Shown here: positions 59,107-64,000 of the stretch, piece by piece
How positions within the stretch are numbered: position 1 is the stretch's first letter
How the letters are laid out: each line of letters begins with the position of its first letter
Origin: Patescibacteria group bacterium
GTDB lineage: Bacteria > Patescibacteriota > Patescibacteriia > 2-01-FULL-39-33
DNA: 64,000 nt
NCBI GenBank assembly: GCA_041650895.1
Contig: JBAZKF010000001.1
Span: forward strand, 765,181 to 829,180
Reading direction: 5' to 3'
Notes under the pieces: generated by a model
Seen by the model: only the letters and a program-made list of their open reading frames with translations
Databases searched by the model: none
Told to the model about the DNA's origin: nothing
Program-made: the position numbers and the translations under genes

Positions 59107-59793
59107 ATGAGAATAGGTGGTCTTCAGCCGGTTACATTATTGGATTATCCGCAAAAAATGGCAGCAATCGTATTTACCTACGGGTGTAATATGCGCTGTC
59201 CTTTTTGTTATAATCCGCAATTGGTTTTGCCTGGCCTGCCAGCTGATAGGCTGTACGATGAAGATCAAGTGATTAATTTTTTAAAGCGACGAAAAAAATA
59301 TCTTGATGGTTTGGTTATTACCGGTGGCGAGCCGACATTACAAAAAGGACTAATAGGATTTCTTGCTAAAATGAAGAAAATCGGTTACTCTGTTAAATTA
59401 GATACTAATGGCTTATTGCCGGAGTCGCTTAAAGATTTATTGGATCGAGAATTGGTTGATTATATTGCTATGGATATTAAGGGGCCACTCGAAGAATATG
59501 AAAAATATGCCGGTGTTACGCCTGAAGGCGTTGAGAAAAGTATTGCTTTAGTGATGTCCAGTGGTTTGCCTTATGAGTTCAGAAGCACTTTAGTTAAAGG
59601 ATGGCATAACCGGACGGATATTGCGATTATGGCGGAAACAATCAAAAATGCCGATTTATATTATTTGCAGAATTTTCAGGACAGTGAGTGTTTGGCTGGT
59701 AAAGATTTTTCCGGTAAGCCGTTTTTTAAAAAAGAATTGGAGGGATTTCGTCAATTAGCGGAAGACTGGGTGAAGAAATGTGTTATAAGATAA
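59107..59793 (+). CDS. nrdG: anaerobic ribonucleotide reductase activating protein (radical SAM)
   Basis: 'FTYGCNMRCPFCYNPQ' is the CxxxCxxC radical-SAM cluster. It sits next to nrdD. Confidence 0.8.
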   Translation: MRIGGLQPVTLLDYPQKMAAIVFTYGCNMRCPFCYNPQLVLPGLPADRLYDEDQVINFLKRRKKYLDGLVITGGEPTLQKGLIGFLAKMKKIGYSVKLDTNGLLPESLKDLLDRELVDYIAMDIKGPLEEYEKYAGVTPEGVEKSIALVMSSGLPYEFRSTLVKGWHNRTDIAIMAETIKNADLYYLQNFQDSECLAGKDFSGKPFFKKELEGFRQLAEDWVKKCVIR

Positions 59794-59842
59794 TAAATCA
59801 TTGTTAGATTCTAATTGCCCTTAAGTCATAAAAAATAATAAT

Positions 59843-60082
59843 ATGACCGAAGAAAAACCTAAAGATTTAGTATTGGAATTATTACAACAAAACCTGGCGG
59901 CGACTCTAGAGTTGCGTGAAGATATTAAAAAGGTCCGCCGCTATATGATGTGGCGAACACTTTGGTCAATTATTTGGATTACTATGGTAATCGCTCCAGC
60001 TCTTTGGGCTGCTTTATATCTGCCGACGATTATGAAAGATTATGAAAACTATTTTAAGGTTTTAGAAATGGTCATATCTTAA
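59843..60082 (+). CDS. hypothetical small membrane protein
   Basis: 79-aa ORF with one hydrophobic helix. There is no other support. Confidence 0.35.
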   Translation: MTEEKPKDLVLELLQQNLAATLELREDIKKVRRYMMWRTLWSIIWITMVIAPALWAALYLPTIMKDYENYFKVLEMVIS

Positions 60083-60086
60083 TTAT

Positions 60087-61188
60087 ATGAATGATTTATT
60101 AATAAAAATTAAAGAGCTGCAAGATAAAGTAGCCGCCACTTGGAGGTTACTTTGACCCCGATCAAGCTGAAAAAGAACTGAAGCAATTGGAAGTCAAGAT
60201 GTCTAAGCCGGAATTTTGGTCTGATTCCGAAACCGCCAAGGCCGTGAGCAAACAGTATGATGATTTAAAAAAAGAGGCGGCGACTTGGCAAAAGTTAACC
60301 GATAGTTTGGTAGAACTTTTGGAATTGTCGAAAATTTTCGACAGTAGCGGAGAGTTGGATGGTCATCAGTCCGAGTTAACGGATAAATTACAGCAACTGC
60401 AAGCAGAATATGACCGCTTGGAATTTGCTGTTTTATTTTCTGGTAAATATGATAAAGAAAATGCGGTATTTTCGATTCATGCCGGCACTGGCGGCGTAGA
60501 TGCGATGGATTGGGCGCAAATATTAGTCAGAATGTATTTGCGTTTTTGTGAACGTCACGGTTTTGAAGCTAAGATTATTGATGAAACAGCGGGTGGCGAG
60601 GCCGGAATCAAATCAGCAACTATTGAGGTGACTGGGCGTTACGCTTATGGCTGGTTGAAGGCCGAGGGAGGTGTGCACAGATTGGTGCGTATTTCACCGT
60701 TTGACGCGGAGAAAATGCGCCATACTTCCTTTGCTTTGGTGGAGGTGTTGCCAGAATTAGAGGAAGTGGAGTCTATAGAAATTAAAGATGAAGATATTAA
60801 AGTGGAGGCTTTCCGCGCTGGCGGTCATGGTGGCCAATCGGTCAATACCACTGACTCCGCTGTCCGCCTGACTCATTTGCCGACCGGTATCGCCGTTAAG
60901 TGTCAAAATGAAAGATCACAGTTGCAAAATAAGACTAAAGCGCTGAAAATTTTAAAGTCAAGGCTATTACAGTATTATCAGGAAGAGGCTGGACAGAAGA
61001 AAGAAAAAATCAAAGGCGAATATCGCCAGGCTCAGTGGGGCAATCAGGCTCGCTCCTATGTCTTGCAGCCTTATCGCTTAGTTAAAGATCATCGCACTGG
61101 TTATGAGACGGCCGATACTGATCGAGTACTTGACGGAGAAATTGATGATTTTGTCGGCGCTTACCTTAAACAACAAGCCGGAAAGTAA
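60087..61188 (+). CDS. prfB: peptide chain release factor 2, with programmed +1 ribosomal frameshift (CUU UGA C) at 60150-60156
   Basis: The frame-0 leader 'MNDLLIKIKELQDKVAATWRLL' ends at UGA. SD-like GGAGG lies 3 nt upstream of CUU. The +1 frame continues 'DPDQAEKELKQLEVKMSKPEFWSD...'. The SPF motif 'RISPFDA' and GGQ 'AGGHGGQSVN' are present. Confidence 0.85.
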
Positions 61189-62711
61189 TGTCATTAAGCC
61201 GTGCTCAGTTGTTATTTTTTTCTTGCCTCGCTTTTATTGCCGGAGTGTTCTTCGGTAATTTTTTTAATTTGCCAGCTTTTGGACTTTTTTGCTTAGGATT
61301 GATTCTATTGTTTTCGACTGTCGTTTCCAGTTTTAAGATTAAAGATAAGGCTAAAAATAATAACCGATTATTTATTATTTTTTTGCTTTTTAGTTTTTTT
61401 GTTTTTGGCTGGTGGCGTTACGTCTTAGCTTTGCCCGATTACAGCCAGCCGGATAGATTAAGCGGCCATACTTCATCCACAGTAGAGTTCATCGGCCGGG
61501 TCGCCAGTATTGATAGGACGATTGACAACCAGAAGTTGATGATCAAAGCTGATTATTTAGTCCGGGCAGTCCCAGATTTTTCTCCAACATTAGAAATAAG
61601 AAATCAGCCGGTGGCCGGTCGAGCAGCAGTTAAGACTGGTTTATATCCGGAGTGGCGATTGGCGGAAAAAGTTACGGTTGATTGCCACTTAGTCCGCCCG
61701 GGAATGATTGAAGATTTTGATTATGCCAGGTATCTAAGAAAAGACAAAGTTTTTGTTTCTTGTATTCTGGCTGAAGTGAGTTCATTATCTTTGCCGGATA
61801 ACTTTTCAGTTTTGGGGAATATTGGCCGTCTAAAGTCTTGGTTGGCCCAGGGCATTAATAACTCCTTGTCTGAGCCCCAAGCTTCAATTATCAGGGGTAT
61901 TATTTTAGGTGATAGCCGTGGCATTCCTGAATCTTACAGTACGATCTTTGCCAATTTAGGTTTGACGCATATCATTGCCGTGTCCGGTTCACACTTGGTT
62001 GTTGTTTTTGCTATTATTTTGAGTTTGCTTATCGCTCTGGGTATCAGAAGACAGAAAACTTTTTGGCCTTCGGTTTTTATTATTGCTGGTTATGTGCTTT
62101 TAGTCGGCACTCCGGCTTCGGCCGTAAGATCGGCTATTATGGCGTTAGCAGCGCTTTATGCAGTAACCTTGGGCCGATTGACCGGAATAAAAAATATTCT
62201 AGCTTGTACTGCCGCAATCATGCTTTTATTTAATCCTTTTATTTTGCTTGATGATGTTGGTTTTCAATTGTCCTTTTCCTCGGTTTTGGGGTTAGGTTAT
62301 TTGTTGCCGATTTTCAGACAACGTTTCAGGAATTGGCCGGAATTATGGCAATTAAAGGAAATGTTTTTGACTACCGTTAGCGCTCAACTTTCCACCCTGC
62401 CATTAGTCGTGTATTATTTCGGGCGTTTGTCTTTATTGTCTTTGCCGGCCAATTTGTTGATTCTGCCGATTATTCCGCCACTGATGATTCTGGGGTTGAT
62501 TAATGCGATAGTCGGGGTAGTTTTCCCATTCCTCGGTCAAATAATCGGCTGGTTGACTTGGTTGGCGGTTCAATATTGGCTAATAGTTTCTAGTTTAATT
62601 GATTCTTTGCCATTAAGTTCTGTCGGTTTTTCCGGCTTTGGCGTACCGGCGTTAATTCTTTCTTATATTTTGCTAGGCTGGTTTGTCCGGCATCAGGAGA
62701 AAAAAACGTAG
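61188..62711 (+). CDS. comEC: ComEC/Rec2-family DNA-uptake channel protein (DUF4131 + competence domain, no MBL domain)
   Basis: Polytopic membrane protein with the competence-domain motif 'LGLTHIIAVSGSHLVVV'. It overlaps the prfB stop (TAATG). Confidence 0.75.
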   Translation: MSLSRAQLLFFSCLAFIAGVFFGNFFNLPAFGLFCLGLILLFSTVVSSFKIKDKAKNNNRLFIIFLLFSFFVFGWWRYVLALPDYSQPDRLSGHTSSTVEFIGRVASIDRTIDNQKLMIKADYLVRAVPDFSPTLEIRNQPVAGRAAVKTGLYPEWRLAEKVTVDCHLVRPGMIEDFDYARYLRKDKVFVSCILAEVSSLSLPDNFSVLGNIGRLKSWLAQGINNSLSEPQASIIRGIILGDSRGIPESYSTIFANLGLTHIIAVSGSHLVVVFAIILSLLIALGIRRQKTFWPSVFIIAGYVLLVGTPASAVRSAIMALAALYAVTLGRLTGIKNILACTAAIMLLFNPFILLDDVGFQLSFSSVLGLGYLLPIFRQRFRNWPELWQLKEMFLTTVSAQLSTLPLVVYYFGRLSLLSLPANLLILPIIPPLMILGLINAIVGVVFPFLGQIIGWLTWLAVQYWLIVSSLIDSLPLSSVGFSGFGVPALILSYILLGWFVRHQEKKT

Positions 62712-62812
62712 TATATTGTAGCTTTTTTCTTATAACTGTAGCTTGACAAGATTAAATTAATAGTCTAATATCGACTTAGGCACTTTACAACCTCAACCGC
62801 CGATGCCAAATT

Positions 62813-63487
62813 TTGGCTAAGCATATAAGGAGATTAGCTATGACACGAGCCATGCAATATCGGATGTTTTGGTTTGATTTGGCTGCTTTATTGGATTTGG
62901 GCTTACCGCTGATGCGATCCCTGAATATCATTTGTCAACAATTATCCAATACTGATAGTTTTGGCTGTGGTATCAAAAAAATTATTGAAGACGCTCAAGG
63001 CGGTTTGACTTTTTCGGAGGCTCTGGCCGCTTCTTCAATGTTTTCATCAACCGAGATATGCGCTATTAGGGCTGGAGAAGTAGGTGAAATGTTGTGTTTG
63101 GCAGTGAATTGTATTGCTGATGGTAGGATTCCTTCCCGCGCCGATCAATATGAGTCTTTTTATCAGATTTTAAGCAGTCTGCTTGCATGCGGGGTTCCTA
63201 TTCTGCAAGCGCTGAAAGAAAGTGAAAGAGGGTTGGATCCGCCCTTGAGGGAGGCGGTGGAAAAAATTCATGACTCTATTAGGGATGGTGGCACTATCGT
63301 CGATGCTATGACGGAGACAGGACAATTTTCCTTTATGGAAGCCAACCTGGTAGACGTTAGTGAGAATAGGTATTCACCATCCGATTCTTTGGATATACCC
63401 ACTGTTGATATTTGCAGTGATGGATGCAACCTTGATTTTCTACTGTCCCGTTTGGCTATGTTGAGTCGACGACCTAACAATGGATGA
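62813..63487 (+). CDS. soluble protein with two tandem T2SSF (GspF/PilC cytoplasmic) domains
   Basis: Repeat 1 is 'FDLAALLDLGLPLMRSLNIICQQ...GGLTFSEALAAS.MFS..EICAIRAGEVGEM'. Repeat 2 is 'FYQILSSLLACGVPILQALKESERG...'. No TM helices are evident. Confidence 0.55.
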   Translation: MAKHIRRLAMTRAMQYRMFWFDLAALLDLGLPLMRSLNIICQQLSNTDSFGCGIKKIIEDAQGGLTFSEALAASSMFSSTEICAIRAGEVGEMLCLAVNCIADGRIPSRADQYESFYQILSSLLACGVPILQALKESERGLDPPLREAVEKIHDSIRDGGTIVDAMTETGQFSFMEANLVDVSENRYSPSDSLDIPTVDICSDGCNLDFLLSRLAMLSRRPNNG

Positions 63488-63501
63488 ACTTTAAACTTAA
63501 T

Positions 63502-63531
63502 GCCAAGCCCGCCGGGTTTGGCATTTTTTTT
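63502..63531 (+). terminator. rho-independent terminator
   Basis: Stem gccaagccc/gggtttggc (one G-U pair) with a 3-nt loop, followed by TTTTTTTT. Confidence 0.7.
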
Positions 63532-63567
63532 GTCAAATGTTATAATGTTAGTAGTTAAATCGGTATT

Positions 63568-64000
63568 ATGAAAAAAATATTTCTAATTTTAGTTGTTATC
63601 TTGATTGCTGGCAGTATCAGCGGTAAGCCGGCTCAAGCCGCTTATTTGCCGATGTCAGGAGATTTAGTCAAGACTGCCGCCAGTCCGGCAGTTTATATTA
63701 TTGATGACGACCTCAAACGCCACCTGTTCTCCAACCAAGCCACTTTTTTTACTTGGTACAGTGGCAGCTGGTCGGATCAAAAAATCAAGATTGTCACCCA
63801 AGATGAATTTGATCAGATAGATAACGGCAAAAATGTCATAGTCAGGCCGGGGAGCAATCTGGTGCAGTTTGACAACAGCAATAAAGTTTTTGCCGTTACT
63901 CCCGGCGGCGTATTATGCGAGGTCCGCGCCCTGTACGGTGATAATTGGCAGTCGCGCGTTATTATTATTCAAAGTTCATTTGAGACGGATTATATCAGGG
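63568..64000 (+). CDS. secreted hypothetical protein, 3' end truncated by window
   Basis: ATG after the extended -10 TGTTATAAT (63543-63551). Signal peptide 'MKKIFLILVVILIAGSISGKPAQA'. The ORF is open to the window end. Confidence 0.5.
   Translation, partial: MKKIFLILVVILIAGSISGKPAQAAYLPMSGDLVKTAASPAVYIIDDDLKRHLFSNQATFFTWYSGSWSDQKIKIVTQDEFDQIDNGKNVIVRPGSNLVQFDNSNKVFAVTPGGVLCEVRALYGDNWQSRVIIIQSSFETDYIR

Noticed and set aside
1-64000. Mobile elements, CRISPR arrays, tRNA/rRNA/tmRNA/RNase P/SRP RNA
   Set aside because: I scanned the intergenic regions for T-loop (GTTCGAATC-like), RNase P (GAGGAAAGTCCGGG), tmRNA and SRP signature strings and for spaced direct repeats, and found none. No transposase, integrase or recombinase-like ORFs are present.

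Overview
This 64-kb window is gene-dense, mostly plus-strand bacterial DNA with AT-rich intergenic regions and usually weak or absent Shine-Dalgarno sequences. I found no rRNA, tRNA, CRISPR array, transposase or integrase. The gene content suggests a small-genome anaerobe, possibly a Patescibacteria/CPR-like lineage; that placement is my inference, not a database result. The supporting genes are a four-subunit pyruvate:ferredoxin oxidoreductase, an anaerobic class III RNR, ComEC, giant surface proteins and VirB2/TrbC-like pilin anchors. prfB retains the CUU-UGA-C +1 frameshift site, so UGA is a stop codon (code 11).

Housekeeping genes:
- uvrA, leuS, hisS, rpsU, a GatB/YqeY protein, lepB, an LCP family protein, ybeY, prfB
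- porG, porD, porA and porB, preceded by a DsbA-like gene
- ftsA and ftsZ, with an unknown bitopic membrane protein between them
- nrdD and nrdG
- ComEC plus a short tandem-T2SSF (PilC/GspF-like) protein

Accessory or unusual content:
- A 2206-aa LVIVD beta-propeller/Fn3-like giant protein translationally coupled to a MacB-type ABC ATPase and an FtsX-like permease.
- An 18-kb block encoding a 1106-aa and a 4193-aa protein that share a VirB2/TrbC-like pilin hairpin at the N-terminus. The larger one carries a lamin-tail domain, a LamG lectin domain and Myxococcus-type Cys-rich repeats. Two TSP3-repeat membrane proteins follow.
- A complete Nudix hydrolase domain inserted inside LeuS.
- The NrdD glycyl-radical loop encoded as a separate 56-aa ORF between nrdD and nrdG.
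- A split OatA-like pair: an SGNH hydrolase gene followed by an acyltransferase-3 gene.
- An ankyrin-repeat protein and a J-domain protein.
- Several consensus sigma70 promoters, palindromic operator-like sites and rho-independent terminators.
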